Assembly (NCBI GenBank): GCA_022605425.2
Contig: JAKIMF020000011.1
Span: forward strand, 1 to 64,000
Direction: 5' to 3'
Source: Hamiltosporidium tvaerminnensis FI-OER-3-3
Lineage: Eukaryota > Fungi > Microsporidia
DNA: 64,000 bases
Part shown: piece by piece, positions 28,823-42,035 of the stretch
How positions within the stretch are numbered: position 1 is the stretch's first letter
Layout: the number at the start of each line of letters is the position of its first letter
The notes under the pieces: model-generated
Database searches by the model: none
Told to the model about the DNA's origin: nothing
The model's input: only the letters and a program-made list of their open reading frames with translations
Program-made: the position numbers and the translations under genes

Positions 28823-29842
28823 TTATTCTTATAAAAAGGGTAATTTTTAAATTTCATTGTAAATAATCCTATATTTTTCTAAATTTATCAATAAAATATT
28901 TCTTAGTTCCAGAACTTTTTATTTTTTGCTCCACTTTATAAGTTTTCCTGTAACATTGTATATTAACCGTTTGAAATGTAATAAACTAATGGAATTTCTC
29001 GGAAGAAAGTACAAAGGGTATGGATTTCTTTGTTTAATTTCGAATAATAAATCTGATATAAAAAATAAAAACAACCGATTTTTTTCTTTGTGTATATGAA
29101 TCTAACTTGAAAATAAATAATATATCATTTTCTCTGTCCACCAATCAATTTTTCTTTTTATTTCACGATCCTTTAAAAAGTTTTTAAAATGTCTTTTCTT
29201 TTTTATAGGCATTTTTAATTTAAGAAAAGAATTTGTTACAAAATGCATTTAACTATCAAATTAAAGAATCATACGTATAACAACTTTTTAGATAACTTTT
29301 TTCACAAATATCCTTAAAAATTCGAAAATTTTCTTCTTCAGAACAATCAATTAAAAATTTCGTATTGTACATATTTTCCACCTTAAAAATGAGATCTAAA
29401 ATATTTTTATTTTCTAATTTAAAATCACACCTTTGAATATTAAACCCATACTCGTGATATATTTTTACACCCAAAAAGTTTTATAAGTAAATTTTAAAAT
29501 CAAAACAAGCTTCCTTCTTATAAATGATTGTACAGAATAATATTGTTGCTTGTTAATCATATATATGTTTCGCGTTCTTTAAAAACAAAGAAAAAACATT
29601 TTTCGGATAATTCTGCTATAAGCCTTTATTAATCTACAAAAAAGTTTCTTCCAATTTGTGTAGATATATATTTGTAAATCGCTTGTGATTTTTCTTTTTT
29701 ATATCAACACATAAAAATTTAAATTTTCTGCTTTTTTAATAAACACATTATCTAAATCATTTTTTTTTCTTGCTATAAATTTTTATTTTGTAAGAAAATT
29801 AGATAAGAATATAATCTACTTTGGAAAGACAAAAATATACAT
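28823..29842 (-). pseudogene. Decayed ~340-codon K/N/F-rich ORF (includes supplied ORF 29256-29474)
   Basis: Largely one minus frame through GVKIYHEYGFNIQRCDFKLENK...KIDWWTEKMIYYLF...NPYPLYFLPRNS, with scattered stops. Confidence 0.4.
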
Positions 29843-31490
29843 TGAATTATATTTTATTTAATATGAATCAGAAAAAATTACTAAAATGACATATTATCAG
29901 AAATAAGAAATATCTTTTGGTTTATAAAAAGCAATGCTTAATATTTAAAAAATCTTTACAAATCGAAATAATTCCCACACATATAATTAAACAAAAACTT
30001 TCATTTAATTTAGATCCTGAATATTTCCTGTCGATTTGTAACAATAGAAATTTCAAATTTTAATAATAATTGCAGCGACACAATTTCAGACAGGAAGCAA
30101 GAAATTTAAAATTCCAATCGAAATTTTTTGTTTAGTATTAAAAAATATCGTGTAATTGTTTCTGGAGAAAGTCGAAAACTATTTTTAGTGAAGAGTTGTT
30201 TGATTTCCGTCGGTATTGTTTTTCTTAAAACCCTTTCAGGAAGCATCTTCATATCCAATACTTTTGAATATTTCGTTATTATAACTGACTTTAAAATTTT
30301 ATTGTAAGGGATCACGATATATTTGAATATTGAGTTTTATTAAAAGTTAATCGATCTTTATAGAAGTACTGTGCAAGATAATGATATTCAAATTCGAACC
30401 CATAAAAGCTTATTGTTATTTTTTAACCAAATGTTTCTCGGTTGAATAAAGAATAAACTGATGAATTTTCTTAGAATATATATTAAAGTACGAATATAAA
30501 ATCAATAGTTGAAGAAATCAATCTTTTTAATGTCTTAAAAGTTGAACTAAGTGTATTAGGCAGCTTAAAATACAAATGATTGTGAAAATAGTTTAATAAT
30601 TTGCTATTTTTATACCAAAGGCATTATTCATATACAATAGCGCTTCATGTCTGCCTTTCCTATATATTCTAAGATTATAAGTAAATATGCTTTATCTTTA
30701 AAAACTGAAGTTAAAATATTAAAATAAGATCTTTTAAAAAATAATTCCTAATACATTATTAAGTTTCCTATTTTCTTAATATAAAAAAACATTTATTTAA
30801 TAATGTATAAACGCAATAAAATAGTATTAAAACTATTACTAATATGTCTTGTAAGATATTGTGGACCCATGCTTAAACGTTAAGCATTTGATTTAAATGA
30901 ATGAAGATAGAATATGATTGGTTTGGTTCGTAAATCAAAAAAATTGGTTGGAATCAATTTAATAAAGTATATAATTTTTTAAAAAGCGTTTTTAAAATAT
31001 TATATTCGTGGGCAAATATTTTGAACCGATTTTTATTTCATAGATATAGGAATTTTGAAAATAGTTTTTTAAATTTTAGGGTTATATTCACAAATTTTAA
31101 TTAAATTAATCACGATAAACTCCAACTTTTTATTTAATCCAGCAGATGTATAATTTATTTAACATATTAAATCTTGAATAGTTAAATTGAGTTTTTTTCA
31201 TAAAAAAAAATATTTCCTTGAAATCGAACGTTATGTTTATAATTTATTCTGTATTATTTATTTACTTAGCAGGAATTTTTATTTTTTTTAATTTGGAGGA
31301 AAATTCGCCAATATAGATTTCTTTTAGATTATGTTTAATTTATCTGAGAGAAAAATCGAGAAGATACCCAGTTTTGACCTCTCGAAAAAATATTCATATT
31401 TATCTGAGAAAATTATAATGAAAAAAAAGCTTACGTTTGCGAAAAACCAACTTAATTTATTAATTTGAAATTATATTTATTTCTAATCTT

Positions 31491-32190
31491 TGGTGGAGGG
31501 TGGATAATCCCCTAGAAAATTTTCTCTTTAGCATGAGTATTCTAAAATGGTATTGAGATGATTTTGAATTTTTAGAGGGAATAATACCCTACTACCGTTC
31601 TGGCTGTTCATGGGAGTTGTTATGAGGGGAAGAAGGTCATGGAAATGTCACAAAAATTTATTCAAATCTATTTTGGTGTTTTTTATGAAAGTATATCTTA
31701 AACTGCAATTATACTTGTGGGTAATTGCTATGTAAAAGTATAAAAAAAAGCTCTTCTCACTCAAGTTGAAAGACTAAGCCCCTGATAAAATCGAAATAAA
31801 AACCATTTAAAGCTGAGAGAGCTAAGTAGCAGGTTATAGTTTTGGTATGGCATTGTAATGTATAGGTTGACCCCTTTGTAAGTCTCTGAAAAATCTCTTT
31901 AATAGAAGTTTTTTTGGTATCGTAAGTGTAGAGTAAGTCGGAATGCTGCATAGTCTGGTACGAGCTAGGAGTATAATACGGCTTTCAATAATACTCTATG
32001 CAACCGACATTAATAAACTCCGCGCAACTTCCTCGCTTATTACTTGGGTTCTAACACCTGTTAGATGAAAGACTTTGGATTCTAGGTATCGTAGATTATA
32101 TTGATGGAGTGTTATAAAATATGTTATTTATGGTACACCTAGAACCGTCTTTTTCTCATGATAACAAATATAATTCTTGCCACTGTTTTG
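31491..32190 (+). ncRNA. Solo diverged copy of the ~690-nt putative structured RNA element
   Basis: Colinear similarity to 42036-42736 (catgggagttgttatgagg, gctaagtagcaggttata, aagtgtagagtaagt.ggaatgctgcatagtct, gatggagtgtt, cttgccactgtttt). UGCAUAG 31947-31953 pairs perfectly with CUAUGCA 31996-32002. Confidence 0.6.
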
Positions 32191-34559
32191 AAAAGAAGTT
32201 TATCTTTGAATTAAATTTTTTTTAGACATAAACTTAAAATTATATTTGTTATCAAATGCACTTCTAAACATTTCATAAGATGTTTATAAATGTATTCATA
32301 TAAAGTATAACAAGCCCTATATATGCGAATGTTAATAGGATTGAAAAAAATATAGATGTTTCTTCGGTGTTAGAATTATCTATCTATCGTTTTCTTAAAG
32401 AGAAATTTCAATGTGCTTTCTTTATTTAGGTTTCATAAGGCTAAAACTATATGTCTTAAATAGTAATATAATCAACGAAAATTTATTTTTCAATTAAAAA
32501 ATTGTAATTTAATAGAAGGATAGTATTGTGCCTCTTTTCGTTTTAAATATTTCTGTATGTTTTTAGCACATAGTTAAAATTTGAAGAGAGTAAATTTAAG
32601 AAATTCATCGCGAATTGCATTTTATTCTTCGTATATTTCTAAGTACGATATATATTGATCGTGTTTTCATATCGTTTATACATTATTTCAAGAAAAATTA
32701 ATAAAATACCTTAAAAATAGATTGATGATGTAAAAACAATATTTTGCTAATTAAAAAATATATTTTGTGCTGTAGCTTACGGTGTGTCAAAAAAAAATTT
32801 ATAATCTATGTGAATTGTTTGAAGCCAGTCAGAAATTTATATTATCAGGAAACTAAGCAATTCTTCTCTTTATTTTGCAACAAACAAATTTAATTTAAAC
32901 TTTTACACAAAAGAGAGTCGGAAGGTAAAGTTTTTTGATAAATTATATCTATTTAAGCATTTAAAATAATCAATCGTCAATTATTTTTACACATTTAACT
33001 ATTTAAACCATATGTTTTTAAATGAATAAGCAGTTCAAAGATCAGGTTTCCCATGCGACCTCATATTACACACATTTATATAAATCTTAAGTTATTATCT
33101 TGGCATTTATATTCTAATAATATATGCAATTTAGAACAGAGATGTTTATCCAATTGGTTGGAATGTCGAAAATACATCCAGTAAGACGTATGTTTTTGTG
33201 TTTTGTAAAAGATAATAAAGAGTATCTATATTTGATGTCTATTTGGTAAGCGTACGCTTCTATAGGAGCATAAATATATGAATTTATTTTTCTCTAAATC
33301 TAAAAACCAGGTATGACACAAATACGGACAATAATGCATCTAAACATATAATGAAGCGAAAAAACATAATAAAGAATGAAAATATGAATTGATAATATAA
33401 TATTTTCTCAAATAAAGATAAAGTACTAAAAAATCAATATATATTTTATACTATACTTGATTAACATTATTTCAGTATGATTTAGAAATCCATTGTTTTG
33501 TGAGTGTGATCCCAAAGTTTGATTCTACATTTTATACGAATCTTCTAAAAAATTTCTAAAGATTGCCAATCTATTTCTGATTCACTCTAATTTAATACCT
33601 CTTTTTTGAGGCTTATTAAGATTTAATAATTTAGAAAAAACATAAATTTATTTTCTTTATTCATCTATCTTTAGAAAAATTATGTTTCAGATTAAATCTA
33701 AAAATTGAATTGATAAAGCCACAAAAAGTAAAAGAAGTAATACACGCTAACTTAGTCAAAAATTTTATCTAAAAACAAAAAATTTAAAACCCTATTGGCA
33801 TCATGAACTAGTTCTGAGTTTAATTTGTTTAAAGAGAACAATTGTAAAAATTTTTAACGATAATAGTAAGTTAAATAAAAAATTGCTATTTATGCTGAGC
33901 ACAAACGCTACTTGATAAAGATTCTTTTTCTGTTTTATTTACTTATACTTTTTTCGCTAGTTTTCAAATAGTACTACTTTTTTCTTAGTATATAATGATA
34001 ATCTAGAAACAACGCATATAATAAAAATTCAGTTTAAAAATCTAATTTAGTTCTAAAATAAAATATTCATAAACAGATATAAAGGATTCCTATTAGAGGA
34101 CTTCGAATAAAAAAATTAGTTAAATCAAATAAAAATACTGGTCAATAACCCTCTATTATAAGATATATTATTTCGGGTTTTCACTTAATTTTATACTCAA
34201 TTCTTATAAAAAACGCTAAATATATTCCTTGTAAATCTGTCTTTTTTTAGTAACTTCATCGTTATACATCATACTATTATATAGTCGATTAAAGTATTGC
34301 GTAGAATTTTTATTGCTTTTATCTTTTTTTAAAAAATCCCATCTGAACTATAATAGATTGTTATAAAAAGATAGGTATATATATACTTGTAAGATTTTAT
34401 TAAGCCATAATAACTATTCGGAATATTTGGTTAAGATACGAACGTTCTACCTATCTTATTTCACCATATTGCGCCGTGCTTTATCGAGTAAAGTTCGGAA
34501 TATAATATGTCTTCCTTTATTATGAACCTCTCGTTGTTCTTTTTTAATTAGAAAACTCA

Positions 34560-35095
34560 ATTGTAAACCTTTAAAAATATCCTGAATAAGAACAACTTGG
34601 CGCCTATGCTAATAATTTATTTTGAGAACAAGTTACAGCGAATATAATAACCAAATATATTTTAATGATCAATATTTGGTTGCTATAACATTTTTCTCTA
34701 GTATTATTACAAATAATCTTATCTCTATTATCTTTCTTATCAGAACCTTTATAATTTCCATATATATAATAAAATCCCTCTCTTAATCATTTATCAACCA
34801 TGCACTAGTTTCTATTATACATATCTTTAATATATACCTACCTATAATCTATATAAAAATAATACCTCTCTTTATTTCTTAACCTTTATCCTCTATTCAT
34901 TTTATATTTAACGTTTTTTGATTGTCTAAACCTGATCCAGTCTCTGAGCAATACATTATCTTTATTTCTTTATCAATATAAAAAGAGTTACTATTTAGAA
35001 TTCATAAATATTAAAATAAAAAGTTTTTTATCTTCTCCAATATTAATTTGTCCTATAATTTATTTCTGATTGGTATTTTTATTTCTTTTGTTCAT
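34560..35095 (-). mobile_element. Possible heavily decayed AP-endonuclease region of a non-LTR retrotransposon
   Basis: Ordered fragments IIGQINI, IMYCSET, YYFYI and FYYIYGNYK loosely match APE motifs (hhxQxNh, hhxhxET, hhhhh, hhhGxhY); many stops and frameshifts. Confidence 0.25.
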
Positions 35096-36589
35096 TGATT
35101 ATCCTTCTTGTTACGTTAAAAATTTATTTTAAACGGTTGCTAAGCTAACAAGCACCAAGTTTACCAAAGCCCTATATATGGTGAAAAGACTCAGAATATA
35201 AATAAGATGTTAAAGTATTGAAAAAATAAAAAAAAACTATAAAGGCAGCAAAATCAGTGCAAATATTTAAGAGAATAATTCTAACATATATTAAATTGTA
35301 TTTTGATACATTAAATAAACTTTCTTATATTCATTATTTCTTATTACTTTGTTAGATGGTAATAACATTCTTAGAATTCGGATATTTCATTTTACGTCTT
35401 AAATTCATTATAATTTTACGTTTTATCTTTAAACTGTTTTCTTATTTCTATTTCATGCTTTTGTGTAAGTCGTACTTTTTATCTCTTTTTCATTTTTTGA
35501 CTATATTTCCAAAATTATTTTTAAATTTCTTAATTTTTTGCAATTAAATTTCATATCACCATAATAATCAATTTCCGCATATTGTACACATTCTTGTTTA
35601 CTTAATGTTAAATCATGGAATTGATTGTCAGTTATATCTATTTAATATGACTTAAATAAGATTTGCGTAAAATTTCATACTTTACTAGAAAATCTACAAA
35701 TAAGGTAGGTTATCTTATAAATATTTAATTAAGTTCAGAGAATTTACACTAGAAAGTAAGTTGTTATTCATGTGAAGTATGTTATGTCTTTTCTATATTC
35801 TTTTTTTGATTGATTATATCTTTGAAAATTACCATTTAAAAAACAAAATAAGTTTTTTTAAGAATATTACATTTTAATATAAGCAGAAAGGTAGCGAAAA
35901 TGTCTCTTTATAGGAAAAATATTATGTCTATAAAGATTTACTAGGTTTATAATCTTTTATGACCTTAAGTGAAAAAAAAACTAGTTAAAAGAACATATCT
36001 TTATGCTAAGAATACTGTATATTCATAAGTATTTTATATAGTTAAAAAATCTTTGTTTACAACAAAAATTATTCTATTTTAATGTGATATTTATTTTTTA
36101 TTTTTTAGTTATGTTGACAATATCTTAAAGTGTATGGGAACGCTTCTAAAATTACTAAATATTGAGTTAAAAAATATGCCTACTAATTAGAGTGTAAATA
36201 TAAATTGACTGTATTTATTGTAAATTTTTGTGTGTATTTTTTTTGATTTTTTAAGTATAGTCTCTGACTAGTTTTCGTATTAACATTTAAAAAATTGTAA
36301 AAAAAATAAATTCTAAAAATAAATAAGATCTGATGTCTTAAAAATTTCTGCAAATACAAAGCTCAATTATAATAACCTATTAAGTTACTTAGGCCTAAAC
36401 TATATTATTTGTTCTTACTAAGATTTATTAATAATCTTTTTTCATTAGTTTCAAGTTTTTCGGTCTATAATACATGAAGCAACTAAAAAATTGAAGCAAT
36501 CAAGTTTTATAAATAAAAGATTAAATATATAAATTTACTAAAATTGCAACAAATTCTGGGATAAAAACATAATGAGTCTATATATTTTT

Positions 36590-39500
36590 AAATTAAGTCA
36601 TGTTTTCTATTAAATTTTTTTATTATTTTTTTTTAAAATTTATTTAAATTATTTCACTATAGTGGTATTTACAATTCCAAAACTATGAAAAATACTGCAA
36701 CCGAAATATATTTTATTTTTTTAAAAAATTTCTGCAAACACTACTTATAGGTGTGCAATAATATTTTTTGTCTCCTTTAGTTTTATATTTGGAATTTTTT
36801 TCAATATTTTTTATTACCTAAATTTTTCAATATTTTCATTATATTTTTCTATAGTAAATTAACGATTTAAAAATGTTGAAAAAAACGATTTTAAAAAATA
36901 TTTGTTTAATTCGAAGGAAATTTTCTTAAAATATATCAAATGCTTGGTTTTTAATATTATTTTATATTTTGTAATAAAATTTGATCCTTTTTTCTATTAA
37001 TTTTTGTTACCTAATTTAGTCTGATTTTGTTCGATATATTTTCTATATAATATATGAAACAATCTAAAAACTTGTAAAAATGTGCTTAAAAAAAATATTG
37101 GCTCAGTACTTTAAAAATAATTTTAATATTACGAATGATATTTTATTGAGTCGATAGTTCTATTTGTATAAAATTTGATTATGTTTTATGGAATTTTCAA
37201 ATACCTAATTTTTTTAAATTTGTTCAATTCATTTTACTATAGTAGTATTGACAATTCCAAATCTATGAAAACTAAGACAAGAAAATATAATGTTCTAATA
37301 CTTAAAACCCACTAAATATATAAAAATTTATCTTATAATAGCTATCTAAATGTATTCGCTATAAAATTTGATAATGTTTTCTTTCGAATATTGGAACTTT
37401 ATTTTTTTCGATTGAGCTCGATATATTTTCTATATAGTATATGAAACGATCGAAAATTAGAACAAAAAAAAATAAAAGAAATTAAAAGAAATGTTGGTTT
37501 TAATCCTTAAAGATACTTTTAGCACTAGCAATTATATTTTAATGAGTCAAGAGGTTTATTTTATTTAAAATTTGTCTATGTTTTAGTTTATTTTTAAATA
37601 CCTACTTTTTTAGATTTTAGTTTATCTAGTTTCCATATAATCGTATGTAAGATTCTAAAGTATTACAAAAAAATTATACTGAAAAAATATTTTATTAAAA
37701 TACTAAAAAAAGCAGGAAAAGTTTCAGATATTTACTATATAATTTCATGTTATGATTTACAATAAAATTGGCTTATTTTTTGTGTGAATTTATACTACCA
37801 ATTTTTTTCTTTTTTTTAAAATAGTTTCCGTATATAGTATAGACAATTTAAAAATAAACGGAAATTTAATTTTTACAAAAAATTTGTTTCTTTGCTTGAA
37901 AAACATTAAAATATATTAAATAGTTCGTAAATACTATAATTTTATGATGTTTAATGTGAACTTTATTATTTTTATTTTTCTATCTTGCTAGACATCCTTT
38001 CTTGTAACTTTATGAAATAGTTTTAAAATACGTAAGAAAATAAATTTAAAAAAATAGTTTTTAATTTTAAACTACTTACAAATACTAAATTTGACTTTAA
38101 AATAAAACATTAACATTGTTCAGTATAAAATTGGCTTATTGTTTCTTAAAAATTTTTAATACATATTTTTTCAAATTTATTCAATATAGTTTACTATAGT
38201 AGTATGAAAGATCCTGAAATCTGTAAAAAAAAAGTCCAAAAGAAATATGATTAAATGTTTAAAATTTATTTTATAGTACAAGTGAGTTTATAAATTTAAA
38301 TGGATTATCTAATATAAAATTTAGTCTAGTCAAAGTAAATTTTTCTAAATCTATTTTTTTAAAATTTGTCCAATACATTTTACCATAGTAGTTTGAACGA
38401 ATTGAAAATTGTACGAAAATGGATTAAAAACATATATGTTTTTAAAAGATTAAAAGCAATGAAAATATATTAAATCTTCATATTAGAATCTATTAAAATG
38501 TTTACAACGATCTTTATTGATTCGCTTGTGGTTTTTCTAAATCTATTTTTTTTTAATTTTATTTGATTTGATCTATATATTCGTATAGACGTTTATAAAA
38601 TTTTGAGAAAATAGATTTAGAAAAATATATGTTTTATTAAATAAAGAATGCTAAAAGCATATTGGATTATAGGTAACTAATTTTATTTTATGCTTTACAA
38701 TTAAATCTGTTCATATTTTCTATTGATTTTATTTTATTTTTACTTCGTTCAATATATTTTGCATATAATACATGAAACACTTTGAAAATGATGAAAAAAT
38801 TCAACTCAAAAGATATATAATCTAATGTTTCAAAATTTCTGTAGTGCGTCAGATGAGTTTATAATAATATATCATATTCTTTTTATAATTGTATCTGTTT
38901 ATATTTTGGCAAAGTATCATTACCACTTTTTTCTATTCTCTTCAATATATTTTCTATATATTGTATTAAGCAATCAAAAAACTTTAGCAAGATGATCTAA
39001 AAAAATATTCGAATTGTACTTAAAAAATTCTTAAGATACTAACAGAATGTTTCATAATAAAACCAATACGTTTCTTTATTTTACAATTAGGTGATGTTTT
39101 CGTCAATCTTATTACCTAATTTTTTCGATTTTGTTAGATATATTTTCTATTATATCAGTATAAGAGATTCAAAAAAAAATGAAATTCATAAGAAATAAAA
39201 TTAACTTATTAAAAATATTATAATATACTACGAATAGTTTATAATGAATCTATAAGATTGTTTAATATTTAATTAAGTCATTTTTAGCGTAAAATTCAGT
39301 TTCTTTATTTTTTTAGATTTGTTCAATCTGGATTCCTATAGTGCAATGAAAGATCCAAAAAAAATGAAAAAATTAAATCCGAAAAAATACATTGAGTTTG
39401 ATATTAAGGAATGATATACATGTAAAATATCGGGTTGATATTTTTTTTAATTGATTTGCCTTTGAATTTAATTATTTTTATTGTAATTTAACACCAATTT

Positions 39501-39730
39501 TTTCTTTAAATTATTTTAATATATTTTGTATATACTGTATGAAACGATAAGACAAGTATGAAAAAATTCTCTTAAAATATATAAGATTTTATATAAAAAA
39601 AACTTCTTGAATACTATGAGTAATTTCACAATAGTTAATAATGTTTCAGAAATTAAAATTACTTATATTTCTTTTTAAATTTTTCCCAGATTTTGTTTGG
39701 TATAGCTTCATTATATATATCAGTAACAAT
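36590..39730. repeat. Diverged ~192-bp satellite array I (~17 units)
   Basis: Core ttttctatatagtatatgaaac-like motif recurs at ~36658, 36850, 37044, 37237, 37430, 37633, 37829, 38193, 38383, 38574, 38762, 38954, 39147, 39337 and 39529. Confidence 0.8.
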
Positions 39731-39750
39731 TCAATCTTTTTAAGTATCCA

Positions 39751-41592
39751 TATAATTAACACCCTTTCTTTTAGTAAAATATATCCGTATAATTAACACC
39801 CTTATTTTGTTTATTATTGTCTTATTACTTAACACCCTTTTAAATTTTAAATATTTATTCTTATCGATAACACCCTGTTATTTATTGGTATAAATATCTA
39901 TAATACTTAGACCTTTTTGTATAGAGTTAAACGTATTTATATGGTATGGCCTTTCTATATATATCCTTTGAAATATTATTTTCAATAACACCCTGCTATT
40001 TCAATAACCAATCACTTTATTATTAACACCCTGATATTTATAGTGAAGTATTTCTTGTTTACTAACATTTTGTTATTTATTCCTATATATTCTAAGATCC
40101 AGTAAAACACCCTTCTAGCGCAAATTACAGGTCTCCTTATTATTAACACCCTGTTATTTATTGTATAAATGCCTAGATTATTAACACCCTTTTATATACT
40201 GTTTTAAATATGGATTATTAACACCCTGTTATTTATTATATAAATGCCTTGATTATTAACACCCTTTTATATACAGTTTTAAATATGTATTATTAACACC
40301 TTACTATTCTCTATTATGAACATCTCTATAAATAACACCCAATTTATTAATTTTTTACTAACACCCTTTTATTTTTCATTTGGTATTTTATTTTCTTAAA
40401 CCCCTATTATCTTTTCCTATAAATTTTATTATTATTAACACCCTCTTATATATCTGGAGATATTTCATAAATTAACACCCCGTTATCTATTTTCTGAAGC
40501 ACATTTACTAACACCCTGTTATATTTTAATAGGAATATTATATAAATTAACACCCCTTTATTTATGTGTATAAAATGCTTTTTTATTAACACCCTAACCT
40601 TATATCTATCTTTATAATAACACCCCTTTATTTATCTATATAAATAGCTATACTACAAGACTCTTTAAAGTATAACCTCAATATAAATAACACCCTTATA
40701 ATTACTATCTTAATCACTAACACCCTATTAACACTTTTATAACATTAACACCCCGTTATTAATACAGCATATATTAACACCCTTTATCCACTACCATATG
40801 TCTAACACCCTTTATCTACTACCATGTATATTAACACCCTTTTATACATCTGTCATAGAAATACTACCCTTTATCTAATATAAATAGTATTAAAACCCTG
40901 TTATTGTTATGTTTTTCAATAATAAACTTTTTTAGTTACTTCGTGATTAACACCCTTTTATACATATGTCTTGAAAATAACACCCTTTATTAGCTATAAT
41001 TGTGATTATCACCCTTTATTTATTACAATTGTGATTAACACCCTTTTATACATATGTCTTGAAAATAACACCCTTTATTACTCACTGTTGTGATTATCAC
41101 CCTTTATTTATAACAATTCTGATTAACACCCTTTTATACATATGTCTTGAAAATAACACCCTTTATTAAATACAATTGTGATTATCCCCCTTTATTTATA
41201 ACAATTCTGATTAACACCCTTTTATACATATGTCTTGAAAATAACACCCTTTATTAAATACAATTGTGATTATCCCCCTTTATTTATAACAATTCTGATT
41301 AACACCCTTTTATACATATGTCTTGAAAATAACACCCTTTATTAGTTACAATTGTAATTATCACCCTTTCTTTATTACAATTGTGATTAACACCCTTTTA
41401 TACATATGTCTTGAAAATAACACCGTTATAACTACTGTTCATGTGATTATCACCCTTTATTTATTACAATTGTGATTAACACCCTTTTATACACCCATAT
41501 TAATATTAAAACCCTTATAATTTCTTGCTTTACCACTAACACCTTGTTGTTTACACCCCCAATCAATACTACCCTTATAACTTACACCCTTT
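39751..41592. repeat. Unidirectional array of ~50 (T)TAACACCC motifs with AT-rich spacers (period ~38 bp, then ~29-30 bp)
   Basis: taacaccc at 39757, 39794, 39830, 39868, 39986, 40024, 40144, 40182, 40219, 40257 ... 41477, plus variants tatcaccc, tactaccc and taaaaccc; all on the same strand. Confidence 0.9.
40945..41490. repeat. Young 88-bp higher-order repeat (three ~29-bp motif units), ~6 copies
   Basis: gattaacacccttttatacatatgtcttgaaaataacacc recurs near-identically, with the taacaccc core at 40948, 41036, 41124, 41212, 41300 and 41388. Confidence 0.92.
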
Positions 41593-42035
41593 AATTGTTT
41601 TCCTAAATTTATTTCCTTTAAATCCCTTCTTGTCTTATTATCTCTAAAATCAATGATAAGCAGATACTTTTTTTAAATAAATAGATTATAAAGTATGATT
41701 GCTTAAAAACACTAAGTCTTCATTTGAAATACTTTGTTACAATTAATTTTAAATACAATTCATTTTTGATATTTAAATTATATATGATAGCGTTCTTCGT
41801 ATATATGCTTTACTGAATAGTAATTACATATATCTTCATTTTAAAATAATAAATTCTAGTATATTATTTATAGATTTGCTAATATTTATTGATTTTAGGA
41901 AAACTATTTTTCTAAAAATAATAAATAGTTTGTAAGAGAAGTGGAATTCTCAGTACTTTTGTTTTGTACATTATAATTATTTAAATAAATTCAATTACGT
42001 TAATTATATCTAATTCTTTATTTTATTTTTTCTAT

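Noticed and set aside
39751-41592. CRISPR array
   Set aside because: The conserved core is only 8-13 nt, spacers are mutually related and themselves tandemly duplicated, and there are no cas genes.
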